A stretch of DNA of 32,000 bases from Opitutales bacterium (lineage in GTDB: Bacteria; Verrucomicrobiota; Verrucomicrobiia; Opitutales; PNEW01), in contig CBDCNV010000001.1 in assembly GCA_965219535.1 (NCBI GenBank), forward strand, positions 1,800,001-1,832,000, read 5' to 3'. Position 1 is the stretch's first letter. Each line of letters starts with the position of its first letter. The notes below the pieces were generated by a model. It was given only the letters and a program-made list of their open reading frames with translations, had not been told where the DNA came from and ran no database searches. This document shows positions 17,443 through 25,930 of the stretch, piece by piece. The translations under genes were made by a program, and so were the position numbers.

Positions 17443-18579
17443 ATGAAATTAAATATTCCCTATGATAAAATCAACTGGACAACGAGCAGTTTCCTTATTG
17501 GATCCGCGTTTCTCGCGGTCACTGCAGTGCCTCTGTATCTCTGGCACTATGGATTGGATTGGTTCCAGGTTTCTTTATTTCTGTTCTATTTTATTTCTAC
17601 CGGCCTGAGTATTACCTTGGGCTACCACAGACTTTTTGCGCACGTATCTTTTAGGGCCAGTTGGCCGGTAAGATTGTATGTTCTTGTATTTGGTGCAGCA
17701 GCCTTTCAGGAATCAGCCCTCGGGTGGGTTTCTGATCATCGCAATCATCACAAACACGTAGATCACAATCCTGATCCCTACAACATTAACAAGGGCTTTT
17801 TTCATGCGCATATTGGATGGCTCCTGTTCAGGCTTCATCCTGATCAACCCTTAGATAATGTTGGGGATTTAGAAAGAGACCCTCTCGTCACGTGGCAGCA
17901 CCGCTTGTGGCTTCCTATAGGGGTCTTCGCCGGCTATATTTTACCCACAATTTTGGGCTATCTTTATGGCGGCCCACAAGCAGCTCTGGGAGGTTTGCTA
18001 ATTGCGGGTGTCGGAAGAGAGTTTTTTGTCCAACACATGACATTTTTAATAAACTCCTATTGCCATACCTTCGGAAAACGCCCCTATTCCAGTAAATGCA
18101 GTGCGCGTGATAGTACATTTATTGCATTTTTTACTTTTGGAGAGGGCTACCACAATTTTCATCATGAATTTCAGCACGATTATCGAAATGGTGTAAAATA
18201 CTGGCATTTCGATCCAACGAAATGGTCGATCTGGCTCTTGGACAAATGCGGGTTTGTGAAAAATCTTCGTAGAGTTAGCAGAGAAAAGATATTACTTTCT
18301 GAACTTGAAGAGATGAGATATCTCGTCGATGAGAGAATTGAAACCTGTAATATTCATTTGACCGATAGTACGCGACAAATTCTGCAGCACTCCCTAGAAT
18401 ATCTGCAGGATATCTCTTTAAAACTGTCAATAAGATACAAGGAAGTGCAAGAGGCAGTGGAGCAGAAAATCGAGCTATCCCGGGAGACACTGTCTGAATG
18501 GCGGCGGGAAATTAATGAAGCAAAGCTATACTTAAATTCCATTTCCAAAATGGATTTTAATTTTCAAGCTTCGACCTGA
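17443..18579 (+). CDS. Membrane acyl-CoA/acyl-lipid (delta-9 type) fatty-acid desaturase
   Basis: 378 aa. It has three histidine boxes (HRLFAH, HRNHHKH, HNFHHEF) and N-terminal transmembrane segments. Confidence 0.9.
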   Translation: MKLNIPYDKINWTTSSFLIGSAFLAVTAVPLYLWHYGLDWFQVSLFLFYFISTGLSITLGYHRLFAHVSFRASWPVRLYVLVFGAAAFQESALGWVSDHRNHHKHVDHNPDPYNINKGFFHAHIGWLLFRLHPDQPLDNVGDLERDPLVTWQHRLWLPIGVFAGYILPTILGYLYGGPQAALGGLLIAGVGREFFVQHMTFLINSYCHTFGKRPYSSKCSARDSTFIAFFTFGEGYHNFHHEFQHDYRNGVKYWHFDPTKWSIWLLDKCGFVKNLRRVSREKILLSELEEMRYLVDERIETCNIHLTDSTRQILQHSLEYLQDISLKLSIRYKEVQEAVEQKIELSRETLSEWRREINEAKLYLNSISKMDFNFQAST

Positions 18580-18664
18580 TCCATTCTTTAAAAAAAGACG
18601 GTGGATAATCCCTTGTCTTTCAGCAGCAATCTATTGCTGAAGATCATTATTTGCTGGCGATTAC

Positions 18665-19360
18665 CTATATAAAAGCACCATCCTGCATGTGTAATATATA
18701 GTCACACTTTTGTGCTAGATCGACATTGTGAGTGGCTAGAAGAATGGCATGGCCTTTCTCGCGGGATATTCGCTGAAGAATATCAAATATTCGATTCGAA
18801 TTTTTTAGATCGAGGTTCCCTGTTGGTTCATCTGCCAATATGAGAGAAGGAGAATTGGCAAGCGCACGAGCAATGGCTACTCGCTGCTGTTCACCTCCAG
18901 ATAATTGATGAGCCGGCCGGTCTGCTTTTCCTTCTAAACCAACTTCAGCGAGGAGATTCTGAGCTTGGGCTTTCATTTCGGATAAAGGTAGTTTCCGTTG
19001 CTTGAGCATCGGTAAAATGACATTCTCGGTTACATTGAACTCGGGAAGTAAAAAGTGAAATTGAAAGATGAAGCCGATGAAATCGTTTCGAGCCTGTGTA
19101 CGCTCTCGGTCTGAGGCATTCGTCATCGATTTTCCCTTGAGGACAATTTCTCCCGATTCTGGTCGATCGAGCAAACCCGCTAGAAATAAAAATGTGCTTT
19201 TACCACATCCAGAAGGCCCAACAACAGCACAAACTTTTGCTGGACGCAGCGTGATATTCAATCCCCGTAGAATAGATATTTTATTACCGTTTGCACTCAG
19301 GCTATGTTTGATCCCCGTGCATTGTAAAACGGGCTCTTCTTTACTCTTACGATCACTCAT
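18665..19360 (-). CDS. ABC transporter ATP-binding protein (LolD/MacB-type)
   Basis: 231 aa. It has Walker [11 protein letters not shown]-loop region [18 protein letters not shown], signature [15 protein letters not shown] and Walker [13 protein letters not shown]. Its ATG overlaps the stop of the permease (ATGA at 19357..19360). Confidence 0.9.
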   Translation of the reverse strand: MSDRKSKEEPVLQCTGIKHSLSANGNKISILRGLNITLRPAKVCAVVGPSGCGKSTFLFLAGLLDRPESGEIVLKGKSMTNASDRERTQARNDFIGFIFQFHFLLPEFNVTENVILPMLKQRKLPLSEMKAQAQNLLAEVGLEGKADRPAHQLSGGEQQRVAIARALANSPSLILADEPTGNLDLKNSNRIFDILQRISREKGHAILLATHNVDLAQKCDYILHMQDGAFI

Positions 19361-20610
19361 TGCCCCGCCCCTCTTATGATTACTGCCGGCTCTAAGCGGG
19401 AAGCTTTGCGAGCAGGGATATAGCTGGCTATGAGGACTACAATTAGAGCCGTTATAGCGGCTGCAGCATAATGCCAGATACTCCAGTTAACGATAAAATG
19501 ATCGGTCGTGAATATTCCGCTGATACCAATTGGAAGTGCGGAAACCGCATAGGTCATAGCTGCGCCCAAGAGTAGACCGAAAAACGTCCCTATCAAATAT
19601 ATAATCATGCCTTGGATAATGAATACTAAACCAATATCATTACGTGAGTACCCAATCGATCTAAGGATCGCAATTTCACGGCTCTTTTCCATAACGATTA
19701 TCGCGAGGGTATTGAATATGCCTAACCCCGAAATAATAATGATCGTGGAGACAGTGATAGCAGATGAAAGGCGAAGTGCCCAGAATACATCAAGCCAGAC
19801 ATGTTCTCTCTCCTGCCAACTCTCAACGCTATGCCCCAATACAGAACGCATATGCAAGGCATTTACCGGTGCGCGATTTTTATCATGTAAGTTCACTTGA
19901 AGGAACGATACTCCAAAAGGTTTTTTCAGTAATGTTCTGGCTTGATCGAGGTGTGTGAAGACCCAAACTTTATCGATATCAGATACACCCGTTTCATAAA
20001 TTGCGCTGACACGCATCTGATGGCTTACGTCCTTTGCCCAAACAACTACATTATCCCCCACATTTAAGAGCATACGTTGAGCTAAGGAGCTTCCAACGAG
20101 TATTCCATTATGCATGCGGCGAAATTCATTTAAGTCTCCCCACATTATATATTCCTCCAAGTCGGAGACCGAAAGATGATTATCAAGATCGATGCCATGT
20201 AGACTTACACGATTTGTAATGAAATTATTACTCATGCTCACTTCACCGCGAATGACTTCCGATACCGCTGAGACATTGCGGAATTCTTTAACTGCCTTGA
20301 TCAGTGATCTGGGATAATCAATGCCCTTGATGAATTTACGCCCTTCGGAATGAGCGTAAGAAAAGGGTGATTTAATATCGCGAATTCGATCCAGTTCTAT
20401 ACTGCGCAATGTGCTTTGTGTTTTATCCTGAATGCGAAGCGCGCCTTTAGTTCCCAATATAGTTTTAATGAAAAATATCTCGAAGCCGCTAGTAAGTGCC
20501 TGTGTGAGAATAATAAAGCCGACTCCAAATACGATGCCCGTCAGGCTCATAATCATGGCCCGCTTTTTTGATCGTAGAAAACGTAAGGCAATACTGATTT
20601 CAGGCGGCAT
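19357..20610 (-). CDS. ABC transporter permease, FtsX/MacB-LolC/E (type VII) family
   Basis: 417 aa. The N-terminus IALRFLRSKKRAMIMSLTGIVFGVGFII is followed by a large periplasmic domain and a C-terminal FtsX block (NTLAIIVMEKSREIAILRSIGYS). Confidence 0.85.
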   Translation of the reverse strand: MPPEISIALRFLRSKKRAMIMSLTGIVFGVGFIILTQALTSGFEIFFIKTILGTKGALRIQDKTQSTLRSIELDRIRDIKSPFSYAHSEGRKFIKGIDYPRSLIKAVKEFRNVSAVSEVIRGEVSMSNNFITNRVSLHGIDLDNHLSVSDLEEYIMWGDLNEFRRMHNGILVGSSLAQRMLLNVGDNVVVWAKDVSHQMRVSAIYETGVSDIDKVWVFTHLDQARTLLKKPFGVSFLQVNLHDKNRAPVNALHMRSVLGHSVESWQEREHVWLDVFWALRLSSAITVSTIIIISGLGIFNTLAIIVMEKSREIAILRSIGYSRNDIGLVFIIQGMIIYLIGTFFGLLLGAAMTYAVSALPIGISGIFTTDHFIVNWSIWHYAAAAITALIVVLIASYIPARKASRLEPAVIIRGAGQ

Positions 20611-20624
20611 TAATCTGGCCTTTA

Positions 20625-21728
20625 TTATGGCACTTTTACTTTATTACCGTGCTTGAATCTATCCAGATCTTCAACGATAACAAGTTCACCTTCTTCTAAG
20701 CCACTGAGCACTTCTACATTGTGTAGACCTTGATAGCCTTTAAGTACGGGGCGTATTTCTACTTTTCCATTTTTAACTGCGTATACCTGGTCTCCCAGTA
20801 ATGCTCGGCTGGGTATAATGAGTGTGTTTTCACGCTCAGCAACGATGATATTCGCTTCTCCTGTCAGGCCGGGGGTCAAGCGCTCTTTACTAATATCAAC
20901 AGAGAGAAAGATGCTAAAACGCTGGGTTTCTGGATCATTAGTCGGAAGTAATTGGATTACCTCTCCATTAAATAGATCATCGCCATAACCGAGAAATCTC
21001 ACAACTGCACGTTGCCCAAGCTTAACTTTTGCAAAATCTTCTTCGCTTATCTTTGCAATTACTCGACGTTCATTGGAGATGATTTCTGCAATTCCCGTTC
21101 GATCACTGATAAGATCGCCCTCAAAGACATCCACGGCGACGATAATTCCGTCAACGGGACTTTTAATACTCATTCTTTTCAAAGTTAGTTGATCCTGCTC
21201 CAGTTCATTTTCTAATCGTTTTAAATTTGCTTCATTATCAATTTTTTCCCGGGCCATTTTTTCAAGCAGTTCGGCCAATTGACGTCGCCGAGCTTTAAGG
21301 GTATCGGGTGATGCACTGCCCGTTTCATCCAGTGCTTCGAGGTCCTCCAATTTATCTTTAACTTCCTCGATCTTAAATTTTAGGGGAGATCCCAATTTTA
21401 ATCTATTCCGAAAAGCTTCCAGTTCGATTTGAATACTTTCGATTTTCAGTTCGAGCTCCGTCGTATCGAGTTGGATGATCGTATCACCGGATTGGACTTT
21501 ATTTCCGAGTTTTAAAAGACTCGAGATTACGCGACCACTACTTTCAGAGCGGATAGTCAAACGATAGGTTTCCTCGATTTTTAAGTTTGCCGATACCGCA
21601 TCCACAGCTAGCCCACGTGTAACTTGCTCTGTATATGCGGTTGGTTTGAATGACCAGATGAGGAGGATTATGAGGATAAGAAAAGCCGCGGACCCCAACA
21701 GCCATTTGGTCGATTTAATTTCTTTCAT
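20625..21728 (-). CDS. HlyD-family periplasmic adaptor (membrane fusion protein)
   Basis: 367 aa. It has an N-terminal membrane anchor, a long coiled-coil (LELKIESIQIELEAF...LKRLENELEQDQLTLKRM), then SPVDGII and beta-barrel segments typical of MFPs. Confidence 0.85.
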   Translation of the reverse strand: MKEIKSTKWLLGSAAFLILIILLIWSFKPTAYTEQVTRGLAVDAVSANLKIEETYRLTIRSESSGRVISSLLKLGNKVQSGDTIIQLDTTELELKIESIQIELEAFRNRLKLGSPLKFKIEEVKDKLEDLEALDETGSASPDTLKARRRQLAELLEKMAREKIDNEANLKRLENELEQDQLTLKRMSIKSPVDGIIVAVDVFEGDLISDRTGIAEIISNERRVIAKISEEDFAKVKLGQRAVVRFLGYGDDLFNGEVIQLLPTNDPETQRFSIFLSVDISKERLTPGLTGEANIIVAERENTLIIPSRALLGDQVYAVKNGKVEIRPVLKGYQGLHNVEVLSGLEEGELVIVEDLDRFKHGNKVKVP

Positions 21729-23100
21729 CGTTTTGGGGTAAAGTGAAATATTCCATCGCAGGGTCTTGCCCTACATGCGAAAGAAACTCTGAGAGATTGA
21801 GGAGGAAATTACTTCGCGCAATATATAGGTCATTTTGTTTATTAAAAAAATTTAAACGACTTTCCAAGTATTCCAATTCTGAGATTTTATTATCCTTCCA
21901 CAGTTGATTATCACGATCCCAAAATTTCAGGGTAAAAGGATAGCGGGCTTCGTTCAGCTCCAGTGAGCGAAAAGATAGATCGAGATCGGTAGCCATTTTA
22001 CGCGCTTCACGACTTAAGTCATTGTTAATTCCAAGCTCTTCTTGTTCGAGTAGACGAATACGCGCCATACTTGCGATTTTTCTACCTTTAGTCGCAAACC
22101 CATCAAAGATATTCCAAGTTAACCTTAGACCACCAAAATATATCAAGGTATCGACATCATTAAATGAAGCTGTATTGTCCTGAACTTGCTGAACGGTGAG
22201 GTGAATGTTAAGAAGCGGTCGGTTAATCGATTCAATAAATTTCAGGCTTTCTTTCTCACGTTGAATTTTCTTCGCATTGAGGCTGAATTCTGGGCTTTCT
22301 TTATACCCACCATTTATGAAATCGTTTAGTCTTTCCGCAAATAAGTTCTTTTCCAGACTGGGTGAAGGTACCTCGAGGGGGAGCTGATTTAAATTTACCT
22401 CCTTATACCCGGTTATATATTCTAATCTTTCAACAATTCGCTGTCCTTTATTTTTATTTTTTTGGATTTCTAATAAGGTTTCCTGTAATTGAATATATTG
22501 AAGGGTATAGTCATCTTCAGAGAGGACACCTTGACGTCGTTGTTCATCTAAAACATCAAGATTTTTACAAATAATTTCTTCGCGTAATTTGGCATTTCGC
22601 AGGGAAATATTTTCGAGGATAAGAGATAAATAGAGAACACGAATTTCTTGAGCCAGATTCTGATAGAATCGCTCATATTCTTCTTTCGCAAGATGGATAT
22701 CAATTTCACCAACTTGTTCTCGGGCAAGTAAACCTCCCCAATGATAGATGGGTTGGTTTAAAGATAGATTAAAAAAATTACGAAACTCATCTGAATCTTC
22801 TCCTTTTTCCCGTTCTCTTCTTTCGTAACCGGCATTAATATCAAAATTGAGATGTGGATATCTATCCGATGAAAAAAGATAGCTCATTCCTTCTGCTTCT
22901 GAGATCTTTTGAATTTCTCTTAGCAAGGCGGGAGCTTTCTTGTTCGCGACCGCGTAAATATTCGCCAACTGAGGGAAAAGGTATTCGGGAGTATTAAGTG
23001 TTCCGTATTCATTTGCCCGAAGCGCTGGACTCCATGTAATGACCCCCAATAATTGAATGCTAATGAGCCACCGTATTAAGCATATTAATTTGTTCTTCAT
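21715..23100 (-). CDS. TolC-family outer-membrane efflux protein
   Basis: 461 aa with a signal peptide. The heptad-rich two-repeat architecture and length fit OMF proteins. It is the first gene of the operon and overlaps the MFP start by 14 nt. The call rests on context plus composition, not on a sharp motif. Confidence 0.75.
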   Translation of the reverse strand: MKNKLICLIRWLISIQLLGVITWSPALRANEYGTLNTPEYLFPQLANIYAVANKKAPALLREIQKISEAEGMSYLFSSDRYPHLNFDINAGYERREREKGEDSDEFRNFFNLSLNQPIYHWGGLLAREQVGEIDIHLAKEEYERFYQNLAQEIRVLYLSLILENISLRNAKLREEIICKNLDVLDEQRRQGVLSEDDYTLQYIQLQETLLEIQKNKNKGQRIVERLEYITGYKEVNLNQLPLEVPSPSLEKNLFAERLNDFINGGYKESPEFSLNAKKIQREKESLKFIESINRPLLNIHLTVQQVQDNTASFNDVDTLIYFGGLRLTWNIFDGFATKGRKIASMARIRLLEQEELGINNDLSREARKMATDLDLSFRSLELNEARYPFTLKFWDRDNQLWKDNKISELEYLESRLNFFNKQNDLYIARSNFLLNLSEFLSHVGQDPAMEYFTLPQNDERN

Positions 23101-23439
23101 GATTGAATGAAAAATAGAGAGGAACTCAGTTGCGTATGTTTTCAGATGACTGTTCCGTGTAAAAAAGGGATCATTCTTTCATCTGTGGCTTAAAAATCAA
23201 GATGATTTAACAGTGGGAATATTCGATTCTCACCAGTATAAATAATATATATTCAGGAATTAAGATTTAACTTATTCCAAATCGCCAAACTACAGGCTGA
23301 AAAAGATTGCTATCAATTTAGTCGTAGGGAAGCCTGATTAATAACGCCTCAAGATATGAGGGGAGAATAAATTTTTTTGAAATTTAGTTTCCGATAAACA
23401 GTGGGTTATCTGAATATTATGTAATCTTTGTCTTAATTA
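23101..23439. promoter_or_regulatory. Divergent promoter/regulatory region between the efflux operon (-) and the glycosyltransferase pair (+)
   Basis: This 339-bp AT-rich stretch is the largest non-coding gap in the window and is flanked by two divergent operon starts. It is inferred from geometry; I do not claim specific boxes. Confidence 0.4.
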
Positions 23440-24579
23440 ATGCAAAGCCAAAAGCCGTCATTAAAAAAAGTATTCCTCATTACCCATGAGTTTTATCCCA
23501 CGCTTAGAGGGATTTCGGTGTTTCTTCAGGAAATTGCAAAATGTGCCACCCGTATGGGATATCAAATTGTAGTTTGGGCGCCAGGGAATGATGCTCTTCG
23601 CAATGCCACGTTCCCCTATCGAGTAAAAGCATTGGATTTAAAAGGAACGCAGAGCTGGTTATCGCGGATAAAACTCGGGATAGAATTATTTAGATCGCGT
23701 CACAAATTCCATGATGCTATTTTATATTTAGCCGAGCCAGGTCCAGTTAGAACAATGCTCTATTTACAATTGTTCTCAGTAATAAAACCTAAAGCACTAT
23801 GGATTACACTATATGGTTCAGAAATAAAGAAATTCACTTTTTTACCCTATCGTAAATTCCTTTTTAAAAAGTTACTAAATTCTGCTGATCGAGTGAGTGT
23901 CATATCCCATTACAATCGTGAGTTCTTGACTCAAATATATCCGAACCTGAAACCGAATATTACCATTACAGGTGGCGCTCTTAAATCAGATTACAGTCCT
24001 GCGAAAATACAAAAAAAAGAAAAGGCTGGGGATAAAATCATTGTCTTAACGGTCGGTGGAATTCATCCCCGAAAAGGGCAATTGGATTTACTGTCTGCGA
24101 TGAATGGATTAGAATTGGAACTCAAAAACATAATTGAATATTGGATCGTAGGTCCAATTATCAAAAGATCCTATTTAAAAAGAATACAGGCATACGCAGA
24201 AAATAATAAGTTAAATTTTAAATACCTGGGGATCGTCGATAACAAGGAATTAAGTGAGTTCTATCTGGAAGCAGATATTTATGCGATGACTAGTATCGAT
24301 TACCGTAGCAGTGTAGAAGGATTTGGGCTCACTTATCTTGAAGCATCCGCTCATCGACTCCCGATTATTGCGCATAGAGTGGGTGGGGTTGAGGACGCGG
24401 TAAAAGATAATGTAACCGGTATCCTTGTTGATCCTGGAAATAAAGAGAAACTCACTGCCGCTATTAAATTATTAGCTGAAAATAAATCGTTGCGTAAGAA
24501 ACTGGGAGAAGGAGGTGTGCATTGGGCAGAGAATCAGAGATGGGAAGATTGCGTAGAAAATATTTTCGGGGAGTCATAA
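23440..24579 (+). CDS. GT-B glycosyltransferase (family 4/1 type)
   Basis: 379 aa. The C-terminal EX7E nucleotide-sugar motif reads SVEGFGLTYLEASAHRLPIIA. GGVEDAV and TGILVDP are also present. Confidence 0.85.
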   Translation: MQSQKPSLKKVFLITHEFYPTLRGISVFLQEIAKCATRMGYQIVVWAPGNDALRNATFPYRVKALDLKGTQSWLSRIKLGIELFRSRHKFHDAILYLAEPGPVRTMLYLQLFSVIKPKALWITLYGSEIKKFTFLPYRKFLFKKLLNSADRVSVISHYNREFLTQIYPNLKPNITITGGALKSDYSPAKIQKKEKAGDKIIVLTVGGIHPRKGQLDLLSAMNGLELELKNIIEYWIVGPIIKRSYLKRIQAYAENNKLNFKYLGIVDNKELSEFYLEADIYAMTSIDYRSSVEGFGLTYLEASAHRLPIIAHRVGGVEDAVKDNVTGILVDPGNKEKLTAAIKLLAENKSLRKKLGEGGVHWAENQRWEDCVENIFGES

Positions 24580-24583
24580 ACTG

Positions 24584-25792
24584 GTGATCTTAATAGATCT
24601 AACGCACACATCTCACAGTCGGGTAAATACCGGCATTCAACGCGTGTGCAGAATGTTATATTATGAGCTTATCGGGGATGATAGCGGAATCGCTGTGACC
24701 TTTGATCCCTTTCGCGATGCATGGAGAAAACTAAACAAAGAGGAGCTTCGAGATCTCTGCCTTTCAGAAAATGATGTTCCCGATGGTAAACGCGGAAAAT
24801 CCTGGCCAATAAAAATGCGTATTGAAGGTTACATGGGTCGCATTTTTAATCTTAAGACTAATGAGATGTTACCTCAGAACACACACTACGAAGGTCTAAT
24901 CGCTCCAGAGATTTTCAGTCCCCAACAGTTTTTGGCATACAAGATTCTCGCCGATAAAATAAAAGGTCCGAAAATTGCAGTCTTTTATGATGCGGTAACT
25001 TTAAGTTTGCCTGAATATGCTCCTAAAAAAACGATCGAAAAATTTCCCGCCTACCTAAATTCACTTCTCTGGTTTGATGGAATTACCGCGATTTCTGAAG
25101 CGTCGAAAAATGAATTACTCAATTACTGGGAAGACAAGGGCCATAAAACTCATCCCCCCGTTGTAACGATTCCCCTTGGAACTAATTTACACCCGTTAAG
25201 AGAGGTTTCAGAAACTAAAGGTTCCGCTGAAAAAAAACCGACAATCTTGACGGTAGCAACGATCGAAGGAAGAAAAAACCATCTATCTCTACTGCGAGCT
25301 GCGGAAACCTTATGGGAGCAAGGTTTTAACTTTCGTCTTAGACTCGTGGGTAAAATGCAAAATGAGACAGGTGAAGCTGCATTTCAGTACATTCAAAAAC
25401 TACAACAAAAGGGGAGAGATCTTATTTGGACTGGGCCGCTCAGTGAAAAAGAGCTGCACGCAGCCTATCGGGAATGTACATTCACTGTTTATCCTTCTCT
25501 ATATGAAGGATTTGGAATCCCTATTCTGGAAAGTTTAAGTTTCGGCAAACCTTGTATTTGCAGCAACGGTGGTGCTTTGTCAGAAAGCGCTCAGGGTGGT
25601 GGGTGCCTGATTTTAAAGGATCCTGACGCGAAAAATATTGCAGTATCAATGAGTAACTTACTGCGCGATACAGATCTATTCCGCAAGCTTTCGGCAGAAG
25701 CGTGTGCACGTAGATATAAGAGTTGGAAAACCTATTCGCATGAGCTTATGGACTGGATGAGTGCGCTGCAGTTTAATCGCGTTGAACGATAA
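24584..25792 (+). CDS. GT-B glycosyltransferase (family 1/4, mannosyltransferase-like N-terminus)
   Basis: 402 aa with a GTG start 4 nt after the previous stop. The N-terminus IDLTHTSHSRVNTGIQRV is typical of this subgroup. The EX7E region reads YEGFGIPILESLSFGKPCI. Confidence 0.8.
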   Translation: MILIDLTHTSHSRVNTGIQRVCRMLYYELIGDDSGIAVTFDPFRDAWRKLNKEELRDLCLSENDVPDGKRGKSWPIKMRIEGYMGRIFNLKTNEMLPQNTHYEGLIAPEIFSPQQFLAYKILADKIKGPKIAVFYDAVTLSLPEYAPKKTIEKFPAYLNSLLWFDGITAISEASKNELLNYWEDKGHKTHPPVVTIPLGTNLHPLREVSETKGSAEKKPTILTVATIEGRKNHLSLLRAAETLWEQGFNFRLRLVGKMQNETGEAAFQYIQKLQQKGRDLIWTGPLSEKELHAAYRECTFTVYPSLYEGFGIPILESLSFGKPCICSNGGALSESAQGGGCLILKDPDAKNIAVSMSNLLRDTDLFRKLSAEACARRYKSWKTYSHELMDWMSALQFNRVER

Positions 25793-25806
25793 TTCGTCCG
25801 CTTTAT

Positions 25807-25820
25807 CCCTATAAATAGGG
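25807..25820 (+). terminator. Possible weak intrinsic terminator after the glycosyltransferase pair
   Basis: The hairpin CCCTA-TAAA-TAGGG lies 15 nt after the stop and is followed by TGATTTTAATTT. The stem is short, so the call is tentative. Confidence 0.3.
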
Positions 25821-25930
25821 TGATTTTAATTTGAAGCCGATATATCTTGATCAAGCAATTATTATAATATACTTTTTAACATTTTCTATATATGCGAATT
25901 CAATCATTCCCCGTTTATGTCCATTAAATA

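Noticed and set aside
18624-18639. Inverted repeat CAGCAAT-CT-ATTGCTG between the convergent desaturase and ABC ATPase genes, as a bidirectional terminator
   Set aside because: The loop is only 2 nt, leaving an effective 6-bp stem, and there is no T-run on either strand. It is too weak to call.
14005-20656. Other short ORF-track entries nested in larger genes (e.g. 14005..14295, 15138..15527, 17892..18118, 18275..18548, 19068..19379, 19607..20219, 20432..20656; likewise 26519..26928, 27718..28333 and 30612..31555)
   Set aside because: All are embedded antisense to or out of frame with long ORFs that carry clear family motifs. No independent support exists for any of them.
23107-23193. 28-codon ORF (MKNREELSCVCFQMTVPCKKGIILSSVA) in the large intergenic gap
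   Set aside because: It has no convincing ribosome-binding site and no recognisable peptide family. Its length is well within random expectation for a 339-bp region.
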